From an uncultured Planctomycetaceae bacterium (GTDB taxonomy: Bacteria; Planctomycetota; Planctomycetia; Planctomycetales; Planctomycetaceae): DNA of 64,000 bases. The stretch's first letter is position 1; each line of letters opens with the position of its first letter. Below, in pieces: positions 45,470 through 56,829 of this stretch. Location of the stretch: assembly GCA_963813715.1 (NCBI GenBank), contig CAWFAK010000012.1, positions 64,001 through 128,000 on the forward strand, given 5' to 3'. The notes beneath the pieces were generated by a model that did not search any database, was not told where the DNA came from, and worked only from the letters and a program-made list of their open reading frames with translations. The position numbers were made by a program, and so were the translations under genes.

Positions 45470-47016
45470 TTACTCCGGCCACAACGCTGAAGTTCGGTCC
45501 CGGTGTGGTACCAGGAAAAAATTGCTGCGCTCCAGGCGGCCGCTTAAACCGCCGGTTACTACAAAATCGACGAGGTAGACTGGCTGAGCCCCAGACTTGA
45601 TCTTCTCGATCACACCCGTCATGCCGATCGAAACTTTTGGAGAGTACTCCGAGGGAACGACCCGGACGACCACCAAGTCGCGGTACTGCGGTTCGTCGCC
45701 GCAGAGCGAGCAGGCCTTGGGAACCAGGTCGCCGATGCGAAGTTGGGGCCGATTCTTCTGATACCACTCGTCGGTCGCGTCGCGGCCCAATTCGTAGATC
45801 GCGTTGCAAACGGGACACTTGCCGAACGGGAGCGCCGCCGCGGGGGTGAGATTCGCATCGGTTGGCTCGATGAGTCCTAACCGGCGCAGGATCTCGGCGA
45901 CGTGGCGGGTGACGTCCGCGACCGTCTCGCGCAGCACGATGTCGAAGTCCGCGAAGGTCGTCGGTCGCCAGTCCGCGATCAGGCGTGCGATTACTTTGGT
46001 CTGGTCGTCATCCCTAAGATGCCACCACTTGTCTTTCCCGTCGACGAGCCCTCCGATCCGGTAGATTCCTTCGGAAGATTGCCGAGCGAAGTCCTCTTTG
46101 GGCGGATCCCATTGGGCTGGCGGCGAATTGGGATCGGCGCAGAGGATGACGTTGAGGGTGAAATCGTCGATTTTCGAGGCTTGGTCCGACTGCTGAAACC
46201 AGAGATAAACGTGCCACCCCGACGGCCGCGCCGTTCCGGCGTCGAATGTGCTCTCCCCGGGCGGGAGTCGCCCAGCGGGCTCTGTTAACGAGCGCACGAA
46301 TGGGAAGGACAGCTCCCATTGTTTCTTGAGCGCCGTGATCAAGGCGAGAAATGAGCCACTTTCCGGCGCCGGCGTCGACGAACCCTCCGGCAGCGAATTC
46401 GAGACCACCATTCGTCGCATCAGCGCGCGGCGCGATTCGGCTTTCAGCTCTTCGTCTGAGATCCTGCTGTCGACAGAGGCCTGGGCCGGCGTCGGCTGTT
46501 TGGTCTGCAAAGCCTGCATCCGCCACTGGAATTGGAGGTCGTCTTCGCGCGACGCGGTTCGCGTCACGCTCAAACCGGGGCGAGCCGCAAGCGCCGCGCC
46601 CAATCGCTCGCGATGATCGCGCAGAAGTTCGTCCGGCGGGGTTGCGGCGGGGTGCCTTTTGCAGTCGATCCCGGGATTGGTCGCGCCGGCGCGCTCTCCA
46701 GCGTGTTGGTTGTCGTCAAAAAAGTTCCATCGTTCAGCTCGGACCCCAGCTCGATCGTCTGGATGTTGAGAGTCCGCTTCGGGGTGATCGATTGGAGGTG
46801 ATAGTGATAACTCGAGATTGTCCCATCCGCGCTCACCATCGCTCGAACGAACGTCCGCAGCTTGGGAAATGCGCGGGTCAACGTCAGGTTCTCCCGGTCA
46901 CCGAGCAACCGAAAGCCGAGCGACTCGATCGCAGCCTGAGTCTCGTCGTAGAAGTCGTGATCCGCCGTTAGAAACTTTGCCGGATCGACCCATTGATACT
47001 CATAGCGATCGGGCAT
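45470..47016 (-). CDS. hypothetical protein(s), probably one frameshifted gene; C-terminal CxxC..CxxC pair
   Basis: ORFs 46570..47016 and 45470..46603 overlap; CPVC and CSLC near the C-terminus. Confidence 0.55.
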
Positions 47017-47038
47017 GGCGATTCCTCGGTCGACGCTG

Positions 47039-47057
47039 ACGCTGGCGGCTCGCCGGG
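47039..47057 (-). repeat. REP-like element copy 3 (partial)
   Basis: ACGCTGGCGGCTCGCCGGG identical to 45438-45456. Confidence 0.7.
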
Positions 47058-47082
47058 GTCGACTCGCGCCTTGCGCTGGGAC

Positions 47083-48729
47083 CTACGGCTCGCCTTCGAA
47101 CAGCTCCTGCAGCTGCTTGTTCTCTTGCTCGCCCAGCTCTTTGGCGTTGATGGCGCCGGCGCGTTGGAGCATTTGCCACAGGTCGGTGCTGAGCTGGGTG
47201 CGGCGTTGCGTGAGGTCGCCCAGGTCGTAGATCAGGGACTGCGACTTGCGGTAGTCCTTTTGCAGCGTGGCGATGACCGCTTCGCCCGCGACACCGATCG
47301 AATGTTCCTTCGGGTTCTCGCGGCCCATGCCGTCCAGCTCGCTGAAGAGTTTGCCCGCTTCTTTGAGGCGCAAGGTCCGCAGGTAGAGCACGGCCAAGCG
47401 TTCCTTCGCCTGCACGGTGTAAACGCGGTCGTCCGGGAAGTAATCGAGGACGGCCTTCCAAGCGTCGGGGTCGGAACGGAGCTGCCTCGCCCGCTCGAAT
47501 TGTTTTTGCGCGTTGATCTCGCGGGGCGCGTTTTGCTTGATCGTCGGCGTCTGTAGCGGATCGGTCGGCCGCAGCCACCAGCCGACCGCGGCCGACGCGC
47601 TGCCTAGAATCAAGGCCGCGATGCCAAGCGCCGTCAGGTGCCGGGAGAGGGGCCAGTCGAGGAAGCGTTCGCGCCACGTCGGCGGGCCGCTCGGCGCCGC
47701 GACGGTGGCTGCGCTCGGGCTCGACGCAGGCGTGGAGGCGGCCGTCGGAGTGGTGATTTCCGAAAGCCGCACGGCGCCGGCCGCGTTCGGATCCTCTTTG
47801 ATCATCCGTCCGACTTTTTTGAGATCCTGCGTGATCTCGCGGGCGTGCTGGTAACGGTCGGCCGGGGCGCGGGCCATCATCTTGTGGACGATTTCCGAAA
47901 TCACCGGCGGCAAGTCGGGCCGCAGCGTCGCGAGATCGTCGGGCGTGTGCGTCATGTGCTGCATCGCCAGCGTCAGCGTCGTGTCGCCGCGGAACGGCGG
48001 ACGGCCCGACAGCATGCGATAGCACGTCACGCCGAAGGAATAGATGTCGCTGCGGTGATCGACGCTCTCGCCGTTGATCTGCTCGGGGCTCATGTAGAGC
48101 GGCGTGCCCATCGTCATGCCGACCTGCGTCAGCTGCTGCACGCGATGCTCCGATTCGGCCAACTGAGCCAGACCGAAGTCGGCGACCTTCGCCTCTCCTT
48201 TGCGGGTGATGAGAATGTTCTCGGGCTTGATGTCGCGATGGACGATGCCCGCCTCGGCGGCGGCCGTCAGCGCCGAGGCGACTTGCCGCATGATGTGGTA
48301 GGCGACCAACAGCTCGGGGGGACCGCGGCGATTGAGCAGTTGCCGCAGGTTCATCCCCTGCACGTATTCCTGGGCGATGTAATATAGGCCGTCCTGCTGG
48401 CCGAACGAATACACCTGCACGATGTTGGCGTGCATCAATCCGGCGGCCGACTTGGCCTCCAGTTCGAACCGTTTGAGGATCGTGACGTCCGACAGCAGCT
48501 CGGGCCGCAACACCTTGACGGCGACCTGCCGATGCAGCGAGGTCTGCTCGGCCAGGTAGACTTCCGACATGCCGCCGCGACCCAAGGGCCGCAGGATGCG
48601 GAACTCGCCGAGCTGTTTGATCCCGTCTTCGGAGATTTCCTCGAAGAGCTCGGGCGCAGTCGCGTCGGAGCGGCCAGAAGCGAGATCGGCCCCACTCGGT
48701 GGCGATTCGTCATCCGGCGACGCTGGCAT
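47083..48729 (-). CDS. Hanks-type Ser/Thr protein kinase with TM helix and extracytoplasmic helical domain
   Basis: LGRGGMSEVY, VAVK, HRDIKPEN, DFGLA, GTPLYMSPEQ, SDIYSFG. Confidence 0.95.
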   Translation of the reverse strand: MPASPDDESPPSGADLASGRSDATAPELFEEISEDGIKQLGEFRILRPLGRGGMSEVYLAEQTSLHRQVAVKVLRPELLSDVTILKRFELEAKSAAGLMHANIVQVYSFGQQDGLYYIAQEYVQGMNLRQLLNRRGPPELLVAYHIMRQVASALTAAAEAGIVHRDIKPENILITRKGEAKVADFGLAQLAESEHRVQQLTQVGMTMGTPLYMSPEQINGESVDHRSDIYSFGVTCYRMLSGRPPFRGDTTLTLAMQHMTHTPDDLATLRPDLPPVISEIVHKMMARAPADRYQHAREITQDLKKVGRMIKEDPNAAGAVRLSEITTPTAASTPASSPSAATVAAPSGPPTWRERFLDWPLSRHLTALGIAALILGSASAAVGWWLRPTDPLQTPTIKQNAPREINAQKQFERARQLRSDPDAWKAVLDYFPDDRVYTVQAKERLAVLYLRTLRLKEAGKLFSELDGMGRENPKEHSIGVAGEAVIATLQKDYRKSQSLIYDLGDLTQRRTQLSTDLWQMLQRAGAINAKELGEQENKQLQELFEGEP

Positions 48730-48936
48730 GCTCGATCGATCCTCAAAAACAGGCGGCACTTACAGTTGTACAAAGGCGCGGGAACGAGCCGCAAGCTGTC
48801 CCGGCGGCCCCGTGACTTTACCCCGGTTGCCGGGGTCTTGTATCATGGTTTGTCGATGCGTTATTGGTGAGCGCTCGCTTGGGCCGCTCCCATCTGCGTC
48901 GACTTCCTTGGGTCGAACTGCTGAAGAGGAACGCGC

Positions 48937-50503
48937 GTGCCGATTCAAAGCCCGAACGCCTTGCGCCGTTGCCAGTGGCGGGCTTTTGCGGCGATCGCAG
49001 CGTTCACCCTTCTGACGAGCGGCGTCCTGACGAGCGTCTCTGGCGCCGCCGAAAAACCGGCCGAGACAAAGAAAGCCGACCCGCCTGCCAAGGCATCCGC
49101 CGCGGCCAAGATCGCCAAAGCCGCCGACAAAGCTAAGCCAGCCGCCAAGTCGCCAGCCGGCGAAGTCGACCGCGGCAAAATCACTCGGTCCGGTGAGCTA
49201 CTACCGCCAGGTACGGCCCATCCTGCAGCGCTCGTGCAGCGGCTGTCATCAGCCGGCCAAAAAAGGGGGCGGGCTGCAGCTCACCTCTTATGAAGAGCTC
49301 AAACACGGGGGCGAAAGCGGAGCCGGCTTTACGCCCGGCAAGCCTGACGAAAGCCCCGTCGTCCAATACATTTCCGGCGACAAGCCGGAAATGCCCAAGA
49401 GTGGCGACAAGCTCAAGCCAGTCCAGGTTGAGCTGATCCGTCAATGGGTGGCTCAAGGCGGCAAGGACGATACGCCGGCCGGCGTCAAAGACCCGGTGAC
49501 CGCGGAGAATCCGCCGAAGTACGCGAGCCCGCCGGTGATCGCAGCGCTGGCGTATTCGCCCGACAGTAGCCTGCTGGCCGTCTCGGGCTTTCACGAAATC
49601 CTGCTTCATCAGGCCGACGGTTCGAAGCTCGTGGGACGGCTCATCGGCCGCGCCCAGCGGATCGAGTCGCTCGCCTTCTCGCCGGACGGCAAGATCCTGG
49701 GAGCCGTCGGCGGCACGCCGGCCCTCCTGGGCGAGGCCCAGTTCTGGAACGTCGCCGACAAAAAGCTCACGCTGGCCCTGCCCGTCACCTACGACTCGCT
49801 TTATGGGGCCTCGTTCAGCGGTGACGGCAAGCTCTTCGCCTTCGGCGGGGCCGACAACCGGGCGCGGATCGTCCGCGTGCCGGACGGAAAAGAAGTGATG
49901 CGGTTTGACGCCCACTCCGACTATGTGCTGGGGACGACGTTCTCACTCAAGAACGATTACCTGATCACCGTCAGCCGCGACATGTCGATGAAGCTGATCA
50001 TCGTCGAGAACGCCCAGTTCGTCGACAACATCACCAGCATCACGCCCGGCGCGCTCAAGGGCGGCCTGGCCGTCGTCGAGCGGCATCCGACCCGCGAGCA
50101 GGTGATCTGCGGCGGTTCCGACGGCGAGCCCAAGCTCTATCAGATCTTCCGCACGAAGACGCGGGTCATCGGCGACGACTTTAACCGCATCCGCGGTTAC
50201 GAAGCGTTACCCGGCCGCATCTTCAGCGTGCAGTTCAATAAGGACGGCAGCCAATTCGTGGTCGGCGCCAGCACGGCTACCTCCGGCACCGCCCGCATCT
50301 ATAGCACCGACGACGGCAAGCTGCTCCACGATCTACCCAACATCGCCGGCCCCGTGTACGCCGTGGCCTTCCGGCCAGACGGCAAGCAAGTGGCCGTAGC
50401 CGGCTTTGAGGGGAAAGTCCGCCTGTACGACACGGCCAGCGGCAAGCTGGTCAAAGAATTCCTGCCAGTTGAAATCACGCCTGTTCAGACCGCCGCCCGC
50501 TGA
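48937..50503 (+). CDS. planctomycete cytochrome c domain + WD40 repeat protein (frameshift near 49190)
   Basis: signal peptide; VRPILQRSCSGCH..EMP; repeated SLAFSPDG WD40 blades. Confidence 0.88.
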
Positions 50504-50654
50504 AGCCTCCCACGTGCTCCCGCGCCGAAGACATCCGGACTGGGGGGCGACCTGCCTTGCAAAGTAGTTTCCGTTCCCTGATAAGACGAATCGGATGCCG
50601 GAGATTGGACCGCTCGGACGCGGCGCCTGCGCCGGCCAGCGAGGAGAACGAAAT

Positions 50655-53124
50655 ATGAAAACACGAACCGCAATCGCGATGGCCGCGCTGGCTGTCGCAC
50701 TGGGCGCGAGCGCTCAGGCGGCCAACGCGGGCGCCTCCGCCCCGCCGGCCAAGACGGCGGCCCCCGCCAAGTTCACCACGCTGGAAGTCTTCCCCAACAA
50801 GCTCGAACTCAGCTCGGTCCGCGATACCCGCCACGTGCTGGTGACCGCCGTCGGGCCGAACGGACTGCACCGGGACGTCACCGCCGACGCCCACTTCAAG
50901 CCGCTCTCTCCGAACATCACCGTCGACGCGGACGGCTTCGTCGTCCCGAAGGCAAAGGGCGATGCCGAGCTGTCGATCTCCGCGGCCGGGCTCGAGACGA
51001 AGATTCACGTGCACGTGGCCGATGCCGCGGAGCAGCCCGTCGATTTCGTTCGCGAAGTCATCCCCGTGTTGGGCAAGGTTGGCTGCAACCAGGGGACGTG
51101 CCACGGTTCGCAGGCCGGCCGCGCCGGATTCAAGTTGTCGCTCCGTGGCTACGATCCGCTGTTCGACTATCGCGCGCTCGTTGACGACGTGTCGGGCCGC
51201 CGCTTCAACCGCGCCATGCCCGCTCAGAGCCTGATGCTGCTCAAGCCGACACAGGGCGTCCCCCACGAAGGGGGCTACCTGTTCAGCGAAGACTCGCGCT
51301 ACTACAAACTCTTGCACGAGTGGATTGCCGAGGGCTGCGTCTATAAAGACAGCACGCGCGTCACCAAGATCGACGTCTTTCCGGACGCGCCGGTGCTCCA
51401 GAACCCCAAGGAGACGCAGCAGCTGGTCGTCATCGCGCATTATCCGGACGGCACCTCGCGCGACGTCACCCGCGACGCCATCTTCGACACCAGCAACTTC
51501 GAGGTCGCCGTCGTCGGCAAGTCGGGACAGGTGGAAGCCGTCCGCCGTGGCGAGGCGGCCGCCCTCGTCCGCTATGAAGGGCAGTACGCCGTCGCTCCGG
51601 TCACCGTCATCGGCAGCCGCGATGGTTACGCCTGGAAGGCGAGCCCGCAGTTCAACTTCGTCGACAAGCACGTCGACGCCAAGCTCGAAAAGATGAAGCT
51701 CTGGGCCTCCGACCTCTGCTCGGACGCCGAATTCCTCCGCCGCATCTCGCTCGACCTGGTCGGCCTGCCGCCGACGCTCGAGCAAACGCGAGCCTTCCTG
51801 GCCGACCCCCGCGACTCGCAGGCGAAGCGACAGGCAAAAGTCGAAGAGTTCTTGGCCAGCTCCGGCTACGTCGATCACTGGACGCTCAAGTGGAGCGACT
51901 TGCTCCTCAATAGGCGGAAATACGTCACCGAAAAAGGGGTCTGGGCCTTCCGCAACTGGATCCGCCAGTCGCTTGCGGCCGACAAGCCCTACGACCAGTT
52001 CGTCTACGACCTGATGACGGCGAGCGGCCATTCGCTCGAGAGCCCCGCCTCCAACTATTACCGCATCGCGCGCGAGCCGAGCATCGTCATGGAGAACATG
52101 ACGCAGGTCTTCCTGGGCATCCGCTTCAACTGCAACAAGTGCCACGACCATCCGTTCGAGCGTTGGACCCAGCAGCAGTATTACGAGCTGTCGGCCTATT
52201 TCTCGGCGGTCGGCCGCGCGCCGGCGCCTCGGCCGATGACGAGATCGTCTACACGCTGCGGGCACCCGAAGCCGTCGTCAATCCGCGGACCAACACGGCC
52301 GTCAACGCGTCGTTCCCCTTCCACTACACGGGGATGGACGTCGGCACGAAAGACCGTCGCACGGAACTGGCTCGCTGGCTGACGTCGAAGGACAACCCCT
52401 ACTTCGCCAAGAGCCTGGTCAACCGCTATTGGAGCTACTTCCTCGGCCGCGGGATTATCGATCCGGTCGACGACATTCGCGCCGGGAACCCGGCGTGCAA
52501 TTCCGAGCTGCTCGACGCGCTGACGGCCGACTTCGTGGCTCACAACTTCGACCTCAAGCATCTGATTCGCTCGATCGTCAGTTCCCACACCTATCAGCGG
52601 ACCTACCGCACGAACGAGTGGAACACCGACGACGCGACCAACTTTTCGCACGCTTATCCGCGACGCCTGACGGCCGAAGAGTTGTTCGACGGGCTGATGG
52701 TGGCCAGCGGCTCGCCGTTCAACATTCCCGGCGCGCCCCCGGCTTCCGCGCCGCCCAGCTCCCCGACCCGCAGATCGACGTCGGCTTCTTGGACATGTTC
52801 GGCCGCGCCCCCCGCGAGTCGCCCTGCGAGTGCGAACGCACGAGCGCCGTCAGCCTGGGCCAAACGCTCAGCCTGATCAACGGCCCGACCATCTCCGACG
52901 CCATCGCCAACCCCAACGGCCTGATCGCCCGCCGCGTGGCCGAAGGAGCCAAGCCGAAGGCCCTCGTCGAGGACATTTACTTATCAGTCCTCTGCCGCCT
53001 GCCGACGCCGGACGAATCGAAGAAGGCCGAGGCGTACCTGGCCGAAATCAAAAAACCGACCGAAGCCGCCCAAGACCTGATGTGGGCCCTGATCAACAGC
53101 CCGGGGTTCTTGTTCAACCGGTAA
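50655..53124 (+). CDS. DUF1549/DUF1553 protein with Ig-like domains (frameshifts near 52230 and 52740)
   Basis: GCNQGTCHG..G..GFKLSL.GYD, FLRRISLDLVGLPP, CNKCHDHPF, NPYFA..VNR.W, CECER, DLMWALINS. Confidence 0.9.
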
Positions 53125-53149
53125 GGTGCGCGGGATTTTCGTAGCTTCC

Positions 53150-53191
53150 GTAGGGTGTGTCGAGTCCGCCATCGGCGGACGCTGGCACACC
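53150..53191 (+). repeat. GTAG-type REP-like palindrome
   Basis: GTAG followed by nested stems GGTGTG/CACACC and GTCCGCC/GGCGGAC, just after a stop codon. Confidence 0.55.
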
Positions 53192-53293
53192 ATCCCGCGC
53201 CGCGATTCAAAGTGCGCGCCGGAATGAAGCAAGACGATCCTCGGTCCAACGCCTCCGCTTGGACCGAGGGAAATCAGCGCGAACAAGAAATCA

Positions 53294-53322
53294 TTGACAA
53301 GCGGACGCCCGCATCCCATCCT
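53294..53322 (+). promoter_or_regulatory. putative promoter of the pqq operon
   Basis: TTGACA-17 nt-CATCCT. Confidence 0.4.
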
Positions 53323-53387
53323 GAGTGCTGCCGAGTCGCGGCGAGCGCTCGTCCGACCGGCAAGCCGTCATCAACAAGGTGAAGCGA

Positions 53388-53525
53388 ATGCAAGACGCCT
53401 GGATCAAACCGGCTGCGGAAGAGTGCTCGGTCAACGGCGAATGCACGGCCTATGCCGGCGTCGATGCCGCCCAGATGATGGCTCAGGAAGCACCGGCCGT
53501 CGCGGCGACCTCGGAAGCGGACTAG
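53388..53525 (+). CDS. pqqA: PQQ precursor peptide PqqA (45 aa)
   Basis: MQDAWIKPAAEECSVNGECTAYAG...: WxKP and E-x-x-x-Y motifs, immediately upstream of pqqB. Confidence 0.85.
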   Translation: MQDAWIKPAAEECSVNGECTAYAGVDAAQMMAQEAPAVAATSEAD

Positions 53526-53534
53526 TCCGCCGCC

Positions 53535-54484
53535 GTGAAAGTCCGTCTTCTCGGCACGGCCGCCGGCGGTGGCTTCCCGCAGTGGAATTGTGCCTGCCCC
53601 AATTGTGATGGACTGCGCCAAGGGACGCTCCGCGCGCGTCCGCGTCGCGAGCTGTGCGTTGCGATCTCGGGGAACGACAGCGACTGGTTCCTGATCAACG
53701 CTCCGCCCGACCTGCACGCGCAAATCGCCTCATTCCCGCCCTTGGCCCCGCGCGGCGACGTGCGATCGACTTCGATCGCCGGCGTGCTGCTCACCAGTGC
53801 CGATCTCGACAATGTGCTCGGCCTGATGGTGCTGCGGGAAGGGCCGCCGGTGCACGTGTATGCGACGCCGGGCGTGCAGCGGCGCTGGAAGTCGGCGGAC
53901 TCGCGTTCTCGCAGCTCTTGGCGAATTACGCCCCGCCGGTGTGGCACGAACCCGCCACGTCGCGCTCGCCGCTGCTCCCGCAAAGCGGCCGGACGAGCGG
54001 ACTGGAGTACCAGGTCTTCGAGGTCGACTCGCACCAACCGCGCTACCTGGGCTCTGAGGATTCCAGCGTGCGCGAGGTCGTCGCCGATCGCAGTGGTTAT
54101 GAGTTTTGGGTCACCGCCAGCGGCAAGCGGCTGGTTGTGCTGACCGGAGTGTTGTCTCTCACTCCCGACGTGCACACGCCGACGGTCGACCATCGCGAGC
54201 GGATTCGCGATTGCGATCTCTTGCTGCTCGACGGTTCGTTCTGGAGCGAAGACGAGCTGCGGACGAAAACTTACAGCGGGCGAACGGCGTCGCAAATGGG
54301 CCACCTTCGCGTGGGAGGCCCGGGCGGCAGCCTCGACTTGATCAAAGACCTGAAACCCCGCCGCGCGATTTACATCCACATCAACAATACAAACCCGATG
54401 TTGAACGAGGACTCAGCCGAACACAAAGCGGTGCGCGCGGCGGGCGTCGAAGTCGGCTATGATGGGCTGGAAATCGAGTTGTGA
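53535..54484 (+). CDS. pqqB: PQQ biosynthesis protein PqqB (frameshift near 53890)
   Basis: LGTAAGGGFPQWNCACPNC, WFLINAPPD, LREG, DGSFW..DE, MGH, IHINNTNP, DG.EI. Confidence 0.92.
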
Positions 54485-54520
54485 TTGCGCTCACGGCAAG
54501 CAGCGATGGGGCAAAGGGCG

Positions 54521-55249
54521 ATGGCCGACGACAACGGCGAACTCTGGGACGAGGCGACGTTCACGGGGCGGCTGCGAGCCGTCGGCGAGAAAAGCTATCA
54601 CGATCGCCATCCCTTCCATCGGCTGATGAATGAAGGGCGGCTCAGTCCGCCGCAAATTCGCTGCTGGGTCGCCAACCGCTTTCATTATCAGCGGCACCTG
54701 CCAATGAAGGACGGGGCGATCATCGCGAACTGCCCCGAGCCCGACGTACGTCGCGCCTGGCGGCAACGCCTCGTGGACCAGGACGGAGCCGCGGCCGGCG
54801 AAGGCGGCATCGAGGCCTGGCTGCGGCTGGCAGAAGCGACCGGATTGACGCGCGAGGAAACGTGGGACGCGCGGCACGTCGTTGCTGGTGTGCGCGATGC
54901 GGTGGCCGATTACGTCGAACTGGCGCGGACGAGTCCTTGGCCGGTGGCGGTGGCGTCATCGCTCACGGAGCTCTTCGCCCCCGATTTGATGAAGACTCGC
55001 GCGGCTGCGTTCCGAGAGCACTACACGTGGATTCCCGCCTGGGGCCTGGCCTACTTCGAATCGCGGATCACGATCGCCCGCAAAGACTCCGAATTCGGCC
55101 TGGCCACCACGCTCGCCTACTGCAACACGCCGGATTTGCAACGGGGCGCGGTCGCCGCTCTGGCCGAAAAGTGCCGGATCCTCTGGACGCTCTTGGACGC
55201 CATCGCCGAGGCTTGCCACGCTGCCGCCGCGGAACCCATCGATGTCTAG
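54521..55249 (+). CDS. pqqC: PQQ synthase PqqC
   Basis: YHDRHPFH, WVANRFHYQ..P.KD, GGIEAW, AVASSLTELFAP, YF.SR. Confidence 0.92.
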   Translation: MADDNGELWDEATFTGRLRAVGEKSYHDRHPFHRLMNEGRLSPPQIRCWVANRFHYQRHLPMKDGAIIANCPEPDVRRAWRQRLVDQDGAAAGEGGIEAWLRLAEATGLTREETWDARHVVAGVRDAVADYVELARTSPWPVAVASSLTELFAPDLMKTRAAAFREHYTWIPAWGLAYFESRITIARKDSEFGLATTLAYCNTPDLQRGAVAALAEKCRILWTLLDAIAEACHAAAAEPIDV

Positions 55250-56804
55250 CCGCGGCGACGATCGACCGGCGCTGGCCGGCAAAACACGCGTCCGCCGCGA
55301 TCCGGTCACGGGCGAACCGCTGCTGCTCTACCCGGAGGGACTGTTGCGACTCAACCGCTCGGGTGCCGCCATCGTCGCCTTGTGCGATGGGCGGCGGAGC
55401 GTGCCGCAGATCATCGCCGAACTCTCTGAGAAGTTTCGGCCGGGTTCCCGCGAAATCGGCGCCGAAATAGGCCCCGATGAAATCACCGACGACGTCGGCA
55501 CGTTCCTCGAGGAGTTGGATGCCAAGGGATTACTCGCCTGGAACGTCGAGCCGGCGACCGACCTCGACGGCCTGCCCGATCTTGTGTCGCGGGCGGTCGC
55601 GCCCGACCCTCGGTCGCAGACCGACGCGCCCCACAAGATCGCTGGCGATCGCCCGCTCGGGTTGCTCGCCGAGTTGACCTATCGTTGTCCGCTCGGTTGC
55701 CCGTATTGCTCGAATCCGACCAGCCTGCGTCACGACGGGGCCGAATTGACGACGGACGAATGGCAACGCGTGATCGACGAGGCGGCCGAACTGGGCGTGC
55801 TGCACGTCCACTTTTCCGGCGGCGAGCCCCTGTTGCATCCGGGATTAGTCGAGCTCGTCGCCACGGCGCGGGCGGCCGGCCTCTATACGAACCTGCTGAC
55901 GAGCGGGATTCCGTTCTCTCGCACCGCGGCGGAATCGCTGCGAGCAGCCGGCCTCGACCACGTGCAGCTCAGTCTGCAGTCCGACGAAGCGCCTCTGGCC
56001 GACACAATCGCCGGCCGCCGTTCGCACGCGGACAAGCTCGCTGCCGCCCGACTGATTCGCGAGCTGGGCTGGCCACTGACGCTGAACGTCGTGCTGCATC
56101 GCCCGAATGTCGCTCGAATTCCGCAACTGGTTGCCCTGGCGGAAGAACTCGACGCCGACCGCTTGGAGCTGGCGAACGTGCAGTTTTACGGCTGGGCCCA
56201 TCGCAATCGAGACGCGCTGTTGCCGAGCATTGCTGAACTGCGCGAGGCGGCCGCCTGTGTCGCAGAAGCGCGGACGAAACTGCGAGGACGATTGCGCATC
56301 GATTACGTGCTGCCCGACGCGCTGGCCGATCGGCCCAAACCGTGCATGGAAGGCTGGGGGCGTCGCTACCTCACCGTCAATCCGCAGGGAGACGTGCTCC
56401 CCTGCCCGACCGCGTCGTGCATCGAGTCGCTGCGGTTCGACAATGTCCGCCAGCATTCGCTCGGCTGGATTTGGCGTGAGTCGCCGGCGTTCAACCACTT
56501 TCGCGGCACGGCCTGGATGCCCGAGCCGTGTCGGAGTTGCGACTGGCGGCACACCGATTTCGGCGGCTGCCGCTGCCAGGCCGCCCTGCTGACGGGCGAC
56601 GCCGCCAACACCGATCCGGCCTGCGCGCTCTCCCCGCACCGCGCCCGGTTGATCGAGGCGTTTCAGCTCACCAGGGACGCGCCCGCCGCCGACCCGCTCG
56701 CCACCAACACTCCGGCGAATACGCCGTTCGAATACCGCCGCAATCCTCGCAACGGTTTCGTGGCCGCCGTCTCGATCGCCGAACGCGGCCCCTCTCGCGA
56801 CTAG
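55242..56804 (+). CDS. pqqE: fused PqqD (RRE) - PqqE radical SAM/SPASM protein
   Basis: N-terminal LLYPEG.L.LN..G..I..LCDG.RS (PqqD), then ELTYRCPLGCPYCSNP, HFSGGEP, RPKPCMEGWG, DFGGCRCQA...DPAC (PqqE). Confidence 0.9.
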   Translation: MSSRGDDRPALAGKTRVRRDPVTGEPLLLYPEGLLRLNRSGAAIVALCDGRRSVPQIIAELSEKFRPGSREIGAEIGPDEITDDVGTFLEELDAKGLLAWNVEPATDLDGLPDLVSRAVAPDPRSQTDAPHKIAGDRPLGLLAELTYRCPLGCPYCSNPTSLRHDGAELTTDEWQRVIDEAAELGVLHVHFSGGEPLLHPGLVELVATARAAGLYTNLLTSGIPFSRTAAESLRAAGLDHVQLSLQSDEAPLADTIAGRRSHADKLAAARLIRELGWPLTLNVVLHRPNVARIPQLVALAEELDADRLELANVQFYGWAHRNRDALLPSIAELREAAACVAEARTKLRGRLRIDYVLPDALADRPKPCMEGWGRRYLTVNPQGDVLPCPTASCIESLRFDNVRQHSLGWIWRESPAFNHFRGTAWMPEPCRSCDWRHTDFGGCRCQAALLTGDAANTDPACALSPHRARLIEAFQLTRDAPAADPLATNTPANTPFEYRRNPRNGFVAAVSIAERGPSRD

Positions 56805-56829
56805 CTGTTTGCTTTCCCTTGTTGCGAGC

